A stretch of DNA of 51,765 nt from a candidate division FCPU426 bacterium (GCA_030038835.1 JASHQZ010000055.1:1-51765); one strand, 5' to 3'. Positions 1-8,853 are shown, numbered from the stretch's first letter. Made by a program: numbers and translations. The notes: generated by a model not told the origin, from the letters alone.

Positions 1-122
1 TTGGCCTCGCTTTTAGAGGCCAGTCCTTTTTGCCCCTCCCCCTCATAGGCCCTGCCCAATTGTTTGTAAATTTCGGCGTTTTGGGGGTTGAGGGACGCTG
101 CGGTTTTAAGGGCCTGGACAGC
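1..122 (-). CDS. TPR-like reading frame running off the left edge (partial, start unclear)
   Basis: Reverse-complement translation of 122..3 reads AVQALKTAASLNPQNAEIYKQLGRAYEGEGQKGLASKSEA, a typical TPR helix pair. An in-frame TAA lies immediately upstream (plus-strand 123..125). The only start candidate is TTG at 59..57. Confidence 0.3.
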
Positions 123-222
123 TTACGGCCATTTGCCAAGGGACGGATAGGCCCAGGGAATCACTGCCATACCGACCCACATAAGGGCCTTTGTATAGGG
201 TCGGCATGCATTAAAATGAATC

Positions 223-1962
223 ATGCCTTCCAACGGCAAATCCAAACATGTCAGTTCCACTCAACTTTCGCTTTGGGTTTGGGGGGGATATTTCCTTTTG
301 CTTTGGCAAATCCTGCTTTGGGCCCAGAACCCCGGGCTCATGGCCGACGACAGCGGGGAAATGGCTGCGGCGGCCTATAACCTGGGCTTGCCCCATCCAC
401 CCGGTTATCCCTTTTTCGACCTCCTCGGGCATTTAGTGGTTCTAATCCCCATCGGGACCGTGGCTTTCCGGCTCAACCTTTTTTCTGCGGTCTTAACCCT
501 TTTTTCCCTTTTTTTCACGTTGAATGCCGCGCGGAACTGGGATTACTCCCAGCTTGGTTCGGGCCGGTTGGAGAAGGGTTGGACACGGGAAATCCTTTTG
601 GCGGCCTTGGGGGTCGTCTTTATATCGTCCCGAGGCGTTTTCGCCCAAAGCCTGACGGCCAAGGGATGCATTTACACTTTGACACTCTTTTGGACGACGG
701 CGGCGGTACGGCTTTACGTCTTCCAGCAACAGCATCCGGAGGATGACCGGCCGTGGTGGGCGGTATTGTTTTTGTGGGCGGTGGGATTGGCCAACCACTG
801 GCAAACACTCGTGTTGTGGATTCCTTTCCTGGCGGTTTGGACCCTCCAGAGGCGCCAACGGTGGCGGGGACGGACCCTCCTTCTGGGGGCTGGCCTTGTT
901 GTTATTGGCCTATCCCCCTATCTCTACCTTCCTTTTCGGGCCAGGTTGAATTGCGAACCCTGTTGGGGTTATCCCACCAACCTGCCTTTATTTGATTGGG
1001 TGATTTCACGCCGATTGGTGGAGGGTTTGGAGCATTGGATTCAAGCTGGAACTTTTTATCTCTCGTCAGCCAAGGAAATGGTAAAAACCGGCTTCGCGGA
1101 TTGGCTACCGGGTTTTGTGGTCGCGAGCCTGATCGGACTGGTTCTTTTGGGGAAAAGGGACCGGAACCTGTTTTATGGCTCTTGCGCACTTTTCTTCCCA
1201 GTTTTGTTGGGCGTCTTCGCCGTTCACGAGTCGTACAATACCTATCTCATCCCTTGCTATCTGGTATCCCTTTCAGGGTTGGCGCTCTTATGGGGATTCG
1301 TCGCCTTGCGAAGCCTCCAAGAGGAGCTGCCCACCCTCCAAGCGGGGGTCGTTTTAGCTGGATTCCTGGGCCTGGCCTCCGCCGGGTGGTTTGCGCATGT
1401 TTTCCAAGCCGAGGATAAAAGCCGTTACACCTTGGCAGAGGATTTTGGAACGAACGTCCTGATGAGCCTGCCACGGGGAGCCGTTCTTTTGGCCGACGGG
1501 GACCACTATGTGATGCCTATTTGGTATGAGCGTTACGCCGAGGGGAAAAGGCCCGACGTGGTTTTCGAGCCTTCGGTGTTCCTCTACCACGGATGGGGAT
1601 GGAAACAGCTGGCAAACCAATCCGCCGATTTGAAACCCGTGGATTCCTCGCCCCTGTTCCAGGACAGGCTCAACGCCTTGGCCCGGGATTGGCCAGCCCA
1701 CCCGCTTTTCTATTCCTTAGGCCGGGAATTCCTTGAACCGGCCTTGGAGAAAATGCCAGGGGCCTGGATGCCCCGCGGCTTGGTTTACGCGTGGCAGCCA
1801 CGACGTCTATCCCCCCTGGAAGCCTCCAAGAAGACGTTTCAAGGAATGGAGAAGGAGAGGCTAAGGGGCCTGGAGGACTTTGAACTGGACCCGCAACTTG
1901 ACCGGTCCACGGAGCAAATCTACCGTTATTACGCCGAGCAGTTGAGCGTGCTAAAACAGTAA
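223..1962 (+). CDS. DUF2723 / PMT-like (GT-C type) polytopic membrane glycosyltransferase
   Basis: 579-aa ORF with many hydrophobic helices in the N-terminal half. The motif DSGEMAAAAYNLGLPHPPGYPFFDL directly after the first TM helix is the DUF2723 hallmark. The C-terminal half is soluble. Confidence 0.7.
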   Translation: MPSNGKSKHVSSTQLSLWVWGGYFLLLWQILLWAQNPGLMADDSGEMAAAAYNLGLPHPPGYPFFDLLGHLVVLIPIGTVAFRLNLFSAVLTLFSLFFTLNAARNWDYSQLGSGRLEKGWTREILLAALGVVFISSRGVFAQSLTAKGCIYTLTLFWTTAAVRLYVFQQQHPEDDRPWWAVLFLWAVGLANHWQTLVLWIPFLAVWTLQRRQRWRGRTLLLGAGLVVIGLSPYLYLPFRARLNCEPCWGYPTNLPLFDWVISRRLVEGLEHWIQAGTFYLSSAKEMVKTGFADWLPGFVVASLIGLVLLGKRDRNLFYGSCALFFPVLLGVFAVHESYNTYLIPCYLVSLSGLALLWGFVALRSLQEELPTLQAGVVLAGFLGLASAGWFAHVFQAEDKSRYTLAEDFGTNVLMSLPRGAVLLADGDHYVMPIWYERYAEGKRPDVVFEPSVFLYHGWGWKQLANQSADLKPVDSSPLFQDRLNALARDWPAHPLFYSLGREFLEPALEKMPGAWMPRGLVYAWQPRRLSPLEASKKTFQGMEKERLRGLEDFELDPQLDRSTEQIYRYYAEQLSVLKQ

Positions 1963-1988
1963 TAATTCGATTTTTAAGCCCTTCCTGT

Positions 1989-1997
1989 TGGTATAAT
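1989..1997 (+). promoter_or_regulatory. Extended -10 promoter element TGGTATAAT upstream of the pilT-TPR gene
   Basis: The exact TGnTATAAT match lies 42 nt before the ATG at 2039, in a 76-nt intergenic gap. There is no convincing -35, which an extended -10 makes dispensable. Confidence 0.35.
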
Positions 1998-2038
1998 GCT
2001 TCGGTCTCATCCGGCGTTTAGACCCTTCGCGAGGGAAG

Positions 2039-4342
2039 ATGGACCTGCAAGAAATCCTCAATTCCATGGTCAGCAAAAAGGCCTCGGACGTCCATTTAAA
2101 GGCTGGATCGCCCCCCCTTTTCCGTATTGACGGCGACCTCACCCCCCAAAGCGATACTGCTTTGACCCCCCAGGAACTGGCCGAAGTGGCTTCCTACCTC
2201 ATGGATGAGAAGCAGCAGCGCCTGTTTTTCGAGGAACGCAGGGAGGTGGACCTGGCCTATGCGGTGGAGGGTTTGGCCCGCTTTAGGACCAACGCCATGT
2301 GGCAGAGGGGCCTGCCGGAAATCATCATGCGGGTCATCCCCCAGCGCATCCCCAACATCGAGGACATCAACATGCCCACGGCGGTCTTGAAACAGATCGC
2401 TATGGAGCAAAGGGGCCTGATCCTAGTGACGGGCATCACTGGGTCCGGCAAATCCACCACCCTGGCGGGCCTGATCAACGAAATGAACACCAACAGGGCG
2501 GCTCATATCGTGACGGTCGAGGATCCCATCGAGTTCGTCCATCCGGACAAGAAATGCAGCGTCACCCAGCGGGAAGTGGGCCTGGATACGGAAAGTTTCA
2601 AGTCCGCCCTCAAGTATGTCCTGCGGCAGGACCCGGATATCATCCTCATCGGTGAAATGCGCGACGTTGAAACGGTGCAGGCCGCCATCACGGCCGCGGA
2701 AACGGGTCATTTGGTGCTTTCCACTCTCCATACGATGGACACTATCCAGACCATCGAACGCATCCTGGACTTCTTCCCGCCGGAGCAGCAAAACCAGGTT
2801 CGTGTGCAACTCTCAGGCACCTTGAGGGCCGTCATATCCCAGCGCTTGGTGAACAAGGCGGACGGCGTGGGAGTGGTACCGGCAGCCGAAATTATGATCG
2901 TGACACCCACTATTAAATCCTTGATCGCCGAGGGAAAAATTTCCTCCATCCGCCAATACATCGCCGAGGGGCAAAGCCAGTACGGCATGCAAACCTTCGA
3001 CCAGTCCCTCATCCAGCTGGTGAAAAAAGGCTTTATCACCAAGGAAAGCGCCATGGAACAGGCTTCCTCGCCCTCGGAAATCGACCTGGGGTTGAAGGGC
3101 ATTTCCTCCTCCAAGGCCTCGGCCCAATCCCTCATTTCCCAGATGGAAAACGCGCAGCAAAAAGAGCGCCTGGCCGGCTGGCTAAAACGGGCGCAAGAGT
3201 ACTACGAAAAGAGGCGCTATGAGGAGGCCCGCGCGGAACTGAAACGCATCTTGCAGGAGGTTCCCGACCACAAGGAAGGTAACGCCCTGATGGCCCGCTT
3301 GAGGGAAATGGACAACCAAACCGAGAAGAAGAAGGACGCTTCCGGCAACATCAAAGCAGCCCTGCAACTTTACCGCGAAGGCAAGCACCAGGCTTCCATC
3401 CTGGAGTTTCAGAAAGCCTTGGAAGTGGACCCCGACAATAAGCAGGCCCAGGCCTACCTCAAGTCGATCCAAGCGGAATTGGAAAACCGTGGACGCGCGA
3501 GGGAGTACTACCAGGCGGCCCTTTCGGCGCAGCAGCAAAACGACCTGGCGGGCGCGCTTTCCCAGGTTGAACAGGCCCTTGTCCTGGACCCGGAAAACGA
3601 GCAAGTGCGGGAACTGGAAAAAAACCTCAAGATCGCCGTCCAAAAAGACCAGGCCAGGACCAAAGCGGATACCTTGAACCAGTCCGCCATCGAACTTTAC
3701 AAGGCGGGGGATTTGCTGGGGGCCCTGGTGGCTTGGAACAAGGCTCACGAGATCAACTCGGAGCTGGCCGAGGTGGCCAATTATCTCCAGCAGGGCACGG
3801 CCAAATTGTTGTCCTTCGGCGTGGACGGCATCGACGCAAATCCGGAAAAACAAGTCATCCTTAACCTTTTCGAGCAAGGGGTGCGCAGCTACGTGCGCTG
3901 CGACTTTCAAACCGCCATGGACTTTTTCAAAAAAGCCCTTTCCAGGGCGGATGGAAACGCCTATTTAAACGCCTATTACCAAAAATCGTCCCAAATGCAG
4001 GAACAACAGGTTTCCGAATTTTTCCAGGAAGGTTTGAGGCTCCAGCAGGCGGGAGACCTGGCGGCGGCCCAAAAGGAATTCACCAAGGTCATCCGGCTTT
4101 CTCCCGGGCACCCGGAGGCCCTCCAGCAAATGGCGGCCCTGAAGTCCGCCATCCAGCAAACCTCCGAGAAACTTTATGCGGAGGGAAAGCAGTTTTTCGA
4201 CGCCAACCAGATGGACCAGGCTATCCGCATTTGGAGCCAAATCCTGGAGCTGGACCCCTCCAACGAAAGGGCCCAAAAACGGATCGAAGAGGCTAAGATC
4301 AAGAAGAACACCTTGAGCGGCATTTTTTCCAAAATCAGTTGA
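2039..4342 (+). CDS. pilT: PilT/PilU-family type IV pilus retraction ATPase fused to a C-terminal TPR-repeat region of about 420 aa
   Basis: N-terminal ~345 aa carry Walker A GITGSGKSTTLA, Walker B DPDIILIGEMRD, His box GHLVLSTLHT and a PilT-like IKSLIAEGK motif. The remainder holds at least 7 TPR-like repeats (e.g. FQKALEVDPDNKQAQAYL, QILELDPSNERAQKRIEEA). It is a single uninterrupted 767-aa ORF. Confidence 0.85.
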   Translation: MDLQEILNSMVSKKASDVHLKAGSPPLFRIDGDLTPQSDTALTPQELAEVASYLMDEKQQRLFFEERREVDLAYAVEGLARFRTNAMWQRGLPEIIMRVIPQRIPNIEDINMPTAVLKQIAMEQRGLILVTGITGSGKSTTLAGLINEMNTNRAAHIVTVEDPIEFVHPDKKCSVTQREVGLDTESFKSALKYVLRQDPDIILIGEMRDVETVQAAITAAETGHLVLSTLHTMDTIQTIERILDFFPPEQQNQVRVQLSGTLRAVISQRLVNKADGVGVVPAAEIMIVTPTIKSLIAEGKISSIRQYIAEGQSQYGMQTFDQSLIQLVKKGFITKESAMEQASSPSEIDLGLKGISSSKASAQSLISQMENAQQKERLAGWLKRAQEYYEKRRYEEARAELKRILQEVPDHKEGNALMARLREMDNQTEKKKDASGNIKAALQLYREGKHQASILEFQKALEVDPDNKQAQAYLKSIQAELENRGRAREYYQAALSAQQQNDLAGALSQVEQALVLDPENEQVRELEKNLKIAVQKDQARTKADTLNQSAIELYKAGDLLGALVAWNKAHEINSELAEVANYLQQGTAKLLSFGVDGIDANPEKQVILNLFEQGVRSYVRCDFQTAMDFFKKALSRADGNAYLNAYYQKSSQMQEQQVSEFFQEGLRLQQAGDLAAAQKEFTKVIRLSPGHPEALQQMAALKSAIQQTSEKLYAEGKQFFDANQMDQAIRIWSQILELDPSNERAQKRIEEAKIKKNTLSGIFSKIS

Positions 4343-4369
4343 CATTTCCCGCGCAGGAGGAGATAGAGG

Positions 4370-4798
4370 ATGAAGTCCAGCGACAATATGATGCGCAACC
4401 TGATCGTCGGTGTAGTCCTATTAGGAATCATCTTTATCGTCGTGCTCAATTCGGGAATGGTGGCCGACCAGGCCGTCGGATGGGTGAAGGACCATCCCAC
4501 GGATCCCGACGCACCCGATATTTTGTACAAAACCGCGCGGTGGTGCGACGTCCTGGGCAATGACGACAAGGCCCAAGCGCTTTACTGGATGTTGTACCAA
4601 CAATATCCCGAGCGGGGGGAGCTTTGCGCCCCGGCGATGTATTACACGGCCTACGACAAGTTCAATGACACCGACATCGTCGGCGTCAAGAAGCAGGCCC
4701 AAACGTATTTGGACATCCTTTTCAACCAATATTCTGGCCAGACGGAGTGGTGCTCCAAGGGTAAACAAATTCAGGATGAGGTGAATTATGCCCATTAA
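4370..4798 (+). CDS. Hypothetical membrane-anchored protein (one N-terminal TM helix, short TPR/YbgF-like helical domain)
   Basis: 142-aa ORF that starts 28 nt after the pilT-TPR stop. The hydrophobic segment is LIVGVVLLGIIFIVVL. I recognise no family. Confidence 0.55.
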   Translation: MKSSDNMMRNLIVGVVLLGIIFIVVLNSGMVADQAVGWVKDHPTDPDAPDILYKTARWCDVLGNDDKAQALYWMLYQQYPERGELCAPAMYYTAYDKFNDTDIVGVKKQAQTYLDILFNQYSGQTEWCSKGKQIQDEVNYAH

Positions 4799-5771
4799 TC
4801 GGCGGTGGTGGATCAATGTGGTGTTGCCCGCGCTGGTGGCGGCATCCTTGACGGCCCCGCCCTTACGGGCCGCCACCATTGAAGTGGAACAAGAGGACGA
4901 GGACATCGCGGCCCCGGCGACGCCTGGCGCCTCGACGGCCCCTTCCATGACTTCCACGGCGTCCCCCGCTTCGGCCCCGCCGACAGCCGTACCCACCTCG
5001 CCCGCCTCTGCCACGACTTCGGGAGGCACTACGGTAGGGGTCGCCTTCGAAGCGGCGCCCGCCCTCCATCGAGTGCGGATTAGCGACAACGTTGGTTTTT
5101 ATTATTTCGTCAAGGCGGGTTACATTACTAACCCTGACCGGCTTTCCCCCATCGCGCACGTTATCGGCAGTTTCGACTACAATCTCAGCTATTCCACGGC
5201 CAAGCGCACCTACATCGAAACGGATTCGGACCAGATCAAGCTGTCCCCCGACGACCTGCTGGTGGTTTACCGGGCCGATCTACCTCTGGAAGAACCGCAT
5301 TCGGGCGCCTTAGGCTTCCAAGTTCAGAACCTCGCCATTGTGAAGGTGGTGGACGTCCAAAGGCAGCGCTACCAAGTGGAAGTGGTCCAGTCTTTCTCTC
5401 CTTTCAAGGAGGGCGACAAGGTAGAAGCTTACGACACTGAAATCCAAAGGTGGAAGCAAGCCCAGGCCAAAAAGCCCCTTCCGGCCCACCCCGTGACTTG
5501 TTTCGTGGCAGGAGGCACACAAGAAGCTGGGCAACAATCATACAACGAGGAAGATTTTATCTTCCTGACCGCGGGTACACGGAAAGGAGTCGTCGAGGGA
5601 CAGACCTTCCAGCTGAGAAAGGTGCTCGAAACCGGCCTGCTTCAGGAACCGATCCGTCCCCTCGTGGGCGAAATCCAGGTCATTTTCGCCGGGCCCGATT
5701 GCTCCACGGCCCGGATCCTCCACAACAGCGAACCGATCCTAAAAGGTTTCGAGGCCGATTACCAACCCTGA
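4788..5771 (+). CDS. Hypothetical secreted protein with an Ala/Pro/Ser/Thr low-complexity linker
   Basis: 327-aa ORF whose start overlaps the upstream stop by 11 nt. It has a signal-like N-terminus (WWINVVLPALVAASLTAPPLRA), then an acidic patch and an APATPGASTAPSMTSTASPASAPPTAVPTSPASATTSGG linker, then a ~230-aa globular part. Confidence 0.6.
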   Translation: MPINRRWWINVVLPALVAASLTAPPLRAATIEVEQEDEDIAAPATPGASTAPSMTSTASPASAPPTAVPTSPASATTSGGTTVGVAFEAAPALHRVRISDNVGFYYFVKAGYITNPDRLSPIAHVIGSFDYNLSYSTAKRTYIETDSDQIKLSPDDLLVVYRADLPLEEPHSGALGFQVQNLAIVKVVDVQRQRYQVEVVQSFSPFKEGDKVEAYDTEIQRWKQAQAKKPLPAHPVTCFVAGGTQEAGQQSYNEEDFIFLTAGTRKGVVEGQTFQLRKVLETGLLQEPIRPLVGEIQVIFAGPDCSTARILHNSEPILKGFEADYQP

Positions 5772-5778
5772 GAGGCGG

Positions 5779-5888
5779 TTTTGAGTTGGGAGTTCGAAGT
5801 TCTGAGTTATGGATGTGTTTTTCGAGCCTTTGGTTCAAAAACATCCTTAAACTCACTGCTCGCAACTCAAGACTCATAACTGAATTTT
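5779..5888. repeat. Intergenic imperfect palindrome A built from tandem heptamers
   Basis: Left arm: TTTTGAG TTGGGAG TTCGAAG TTCTGAG TTATGGA. Core: gtgtttttcgagcctttggttcaaaaacatcc. Right arm: CTC at an exact 7-nt period (5852, 5859, 5866, 5873), reading CTCACTG CTCGCAA CTCAAGA CTCATAA. Confidence 0.65.
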
Positions 5889-5891
5889 GCG

Positions 5892-6731
5892 ATGGCTGCA
5901 AAGAGCGAGGAAGACCCAAATTTTCACCAAATCCTTTCGTTCTTGTTGAAGGCGAAGGGCTTCGACGGGCACCGTTACAAACCCAACTACATTAAACGCC
6001 GCGTCGCGGTAAGGATGAGAGCGACGGGTTTGGCCACCTACCGGGACTATTTGGGGTTTTTGGAAAAGGACCGCCTAGAACCCTCCCACTTGCTGGACCG
6101 CCTCACGATCCACGTCACGGAGTTTTTCAGGGATCCTCCGGTCTACAAGGCGGTCGAGGAGAAGATACTGCCGAGGCTTTCCAAGGTCCCTTATGGGAAA
6201 ATCAAGGTCTGGTGCGCCGGCTGCAGCACGGGGGAAGAAGCCTATTCGGTGGCCATCCTGTTAAAGGAGTGGGTAGCTGGGATGCCCCATCTTTCATTTG
6301 AGATCTTCGCCACGGACATTGACGCGTCCAGCGTGAAGGCAGCCGAAAAGGGGGAATATCCGGCGGAGGCCGTCCAACGGCTGCCCCGGGTCCTGGCGGG
6401 CCGTTGGTTGAGAATGGCAGGGCCGAAGGCGCAGGCGTTCCAGGAGCTCAAACATCCCATCCGGTTCAGGGTGCACGACCTGCTGGGGGACTGGGAACCG
6501 GTTTTATCCGGCTTTCACCTGATCTTTTGCCGGAACCTATTGATTTATCTCACGGCACCCCAGCAGCAGAAGCTTTACGAGCGTTTCGCCGAGGTCCTGT
6601 CGCCTGGAGGATATTTGGTCCTGGGGCTAACCGAAACACTTTTGGGGCCCGCTCGGCGATTTTACCACTGCGTGGACGTGAAACACCGCATCTACCAAGT
6701 GCTGCCCCGGATCAATGAAACGTACCTTTAA
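5892..6731 (+). CDS. cheR: CheR-type chemotaxis protein methyltransferase
   Basis: 279 aa. It has the CheR N-terminal helical domain (YKPNYIKRRVAVRM), an FFRD motif and the SAM-binding VWCAGCSTGEEAYSVAILL. Confidence 0.9.
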   Translation: MAAKSEEDPNFHQILSFLLKAKGFDGHRYKPNYIKRRVAVRMRATGLATYRDYLGFLEKDRLEPSHLLDRLTIHVTEFFRDPPVYKAVEEKILPRLSKVPYGKIKVWCAGCSTGEEAYSVAILLKEWVAGMPHLSFEIFATDIDASSVKAAEKGEYPAEAVQRLPRVLAGRWLRMAGPKAQAFQELKHPIRFRVHDLLGDWEPVLSGFHLIFCRNLLIYLTAPQQQKLYERFAEVLSPGGYLVLGLTETLLGPARRFYHCVDVKHRIYQVLPRINETYL

Positions 6732-6835
6732 AAAACAGTTCGCATTCGATAGTTGGTAGTCCGCGGTCAAACGCAAAAAACTTTTCTGAAAGCACAGAGC
6801 AAGCAACCCAATATTCGTTTTTGGATGAGGAATTT

Positions 6836-8008
6836 ATGGACAAGGCCCAAGACCACATCAACCTAGGTACCGCTTTTTCTCTTTCCCGGCGTTATGAGGA
6901 CGCTATCGTGGAATTTAAACGAGCGTTGGAATTAAGCCCTTCCGACGGGGAAATCTTGTTCCAATTGGGAGGGCTTTGCACCAACGTGGGAAATTACGGT
7001 GAGGCGGAATCCCATTACCGCCGGTGCCTGGAGCTCAATCCCATGAACCTGAACGCCCATTGCAAACTTGGGCTCCTCTTGGAAGTCCAGGGGAAGTATG
7101 CCGAGGCGATCGAGGAATTTAAGAAAGCCGTCGAGCTGAACCCGGGGGACGCGGGTCTTTACAATAACTTAGGCAACGTTTATTCCAAAATGGGCCAATA
7201 TGCCGTGGCAGTCGGACAGTACCAAAAATATATCTCCATTAACTCCAGTAACGCCGAGATTTTCTTCAAAATGGGATTCGCCCATGAGCAGGCCGGACAG
7301 CTCGACGGGGCCATATCGGCCTACGAAAGGGCGCTGATCATCAATCCCCGGCATGCCGCGGTTTATGCCATCCTGGGAAATGCTTACTTGAAGCGGGGGG
7401 AATACGCGGCCTCCATCACCCAATACCTGCAGGCCCTGAAGATCAATCCCAACGAGCCCGAGGTCCATTTGAAACTGGGGCAGGCCTATATGTCGCTGGG
7501 ACGCTATGACGAAGCCTTGGAGGTCCTGAAGCAAGCCCGCCAAAGGAACCCGAGCAATGCCGAAGTTTACTTGAAGATGGGCATGATCCACGCCGGACGG
7601 GGCCACCACGAGGAGGCCATCCAAATGTACCGGAAGGTCATGGAAATCAATCCTCACGACGCCAGCGTGCACAATGTGCTGGGCTACATTTACGACAAAC
7701 AGGGCGACCTGTCAAAGGCGCTCGAAGAGTACCGGTCCGCCAAGGCCATCAATCCCAACGACGTGTTGATACTGGAAAACCTGGGAAACTTGAACTACCG
7801 GCAAGGAAATTTCGACGCCGCAGCGGAGGAATATGAAAAACTGGCCGTCCTGAACCCTTCCCACGCCGAGGCCCACTCCAAGCTGGGGAACATCTACCTC
7901 AAGAAAGGGGACCGACCCCGGGCGATGGTTCATTGGGAAAAGGCCCTGGTCCTGGATCCGGATAATGAAATTTTGAAAAATAACCTGAAGATCATCCAAG
8001 GAAATTAA
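6836..8008 (+). CDS. TPR-repeat protein
   Basis: About 11 consecutive 34-aa TPR units (e.g. AIEEFKKAVELNPGDAGLYNNLGNVY). The ATG at 6836 is preferred over the in-frame TTG at 6821. Confidence 0.85.
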   Translation: MDKAQDHINLGTAFSLSRRYEDAIVEFKRALELSPSDGEILFQLGGLCTNVGNYGEAESHYRRCLELNPMNLNAHCKLGLLLEVQGKYAEAIEEFKKAVELNPGDAGLYNNLGNVYSKMGQYAVAVGQYQKYISINSSNAEIFFKMGFAHEQAGQLDGAISAYERALIINPRHAAVYAILGNAYLKRGEYAASITQYLQALKINPNEPEVHLKLGQAYMSLGRYDEALEVLKQARQRNPSNAEVYLKMGMIHAGRGHHEEAIQMYRKVMEINPHDASVHNVLGYIYDKQGDLSKALEEYRSAKAINPNDVLILENLGNLNYRQGNFDAAAEEYEKLAVLNPSHAEAHSKLGNIYLKKGDRPRAMVHWEKALVLDPDNEILKNNLKIIQGN

Positions 8009-8029
8009 CCAAAAATTTTGAATTGTGAA

Positions 8030-8151
8030 TTTTGAGTTGCGGAAAATAACATTCACTTACTGATGTTCACATATTTGGATGACACCAAACGCTTTATCTG
8101 GAAAAGAGGTTGGTGTCACTCAATAATGCGAACATCAGTAACACTCAAAAC
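8030..8151. repeat. Intergenic imperfect palindrome B
   Basis: It is preceded by the heptamers TTTTGAA TTGTGAA TTTTGAG TTGCGGA (8016..8043). Two perfect 9-bp arm blocks pair: ttactgatg/catcagtaa and tgacaccaa/ttggtgtca. The loop spans 8089..8109 and the right end reads actcaaaac. Confidence 0.6.
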
Positions 8152-8173
8152 TTGTTATCAATGAGGTTTTTAG

Positions 8174-8839
8174 ATGAAACCCCAGGAAAAGTCCCTTGGC
8201 GAACTCCTGCGCCAAGCCGGTAAGATCACCCACCGCCAGATCCAGGTGGCGCTGGGGGAACAGAAGAAAAGCCACGAACCCATCGGGAAGGTCCTTGTGC
8301 GCTTGGGGTTCGTGGAAGAGAGGGATATCCTTCAGGTCCTTCAGGGCATGATGGCCCTGACTTTCCGGACAGGGATGGAATGGTATGGAGTTGAAACTTT
8401 CCGGGTCAGGGAAGTGCTTAAATACGCCTCTTTTACGAAACTGGAACCGCCCCGGGAACCCTGGGAGGGCGAGTACACCTTAAGGGGGCAAGAACTTCCC
8501 CTCCTTTCTTTCTACAAAATCATGGGACTTTCCGCGCCGCGGGACCCCAAAGGCACATGGTTCGTTGTTTTAGAAAATAATGGACGCCTTTACGTCCTTT
8601 GGGTGGACGAGGTGCGGGAAGTGGCCCGGTTCAAGATCGACCAAATTGAGCCCATTCCACCCTATCTTTTCGGGAAAAAGAACGAATTGTTTTATTGTTT
8701 GGGTAGAATAAAGGGCGAGCTTTATTCCATCCTGAACCCGGACAAACTTGCCGCCGTGGCGGACTTGCGTTTCCTCTCCCCGGGCATGGAAGAACCGCAG
8801 GAAGAGATTTCCCGCCTTCCAGGCGTGGAACAGCTTTAG
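8174..8839 (+). CDS. cheW: Fusion of a T2SSE_N (MshEN-like) domain and a CheW-like domain
   Basis: N-terminus: SLGELLRQAGKITHRQIQVALGEQ-KKSHE-PIGKVLVRLGFVEERDILQVLQGM, i.e. two 24-residue GspE/MshE N-domain-type motifs with a 5-residue spacer. The C-terminal ~140 aa are CheW-like (YGVETFRVREVL ... LWVDEVREV ... GELYSILNPDKL). Confidence 0.8.
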   Translation: MKPQEKSLGELLRQAGKITHRQIQVALGEQKKSHEPIGKVLVRLGFVEERDILQVLQGMMALTFRTGMEWYGVETFRVREVLKYASFTKLEPPREPWEGEYTLRGQELPLLSFYKIMGLSAPRDPKGTWFVVLENNGRLYVLWVDEVREVARFKIDQIEPIPPYLFGKKNELFYCLGRIKGELYSILNPDKLAAVADLRFLSPGMEEPQEEISRLPGVEQL

Positions 8840-8853
8840 AAAGTTAACAAAAG

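Noticed and set aside
30-436. Small ORFs at 30..380 (+), 211..432 (-) and 248..436 (+)
   Set aside because: They overlap the start of the DUF2723 gene or the TPR-like minus-strand frame. Their products are low-complexity with no supporting signals.
3182-5089. Minus-strand ORFs of 242 aa (3182..3910) and 222 aa (4421..5089)
   Set aside because: They are antisense to the TPR part of pilT-TPR and to the two coupled envelope ORFs. Composition is low-complexity and no start/RBS context is visible.
5450-5995. 181-aa + strand ORF spanning the end of the secreted-protein gene, palindrome A and the start of cheR
   Set aside because: It is out of frame with two well-supported genes and reads through a structured repeat. 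The product is Arg/Gly/Pro-rich.
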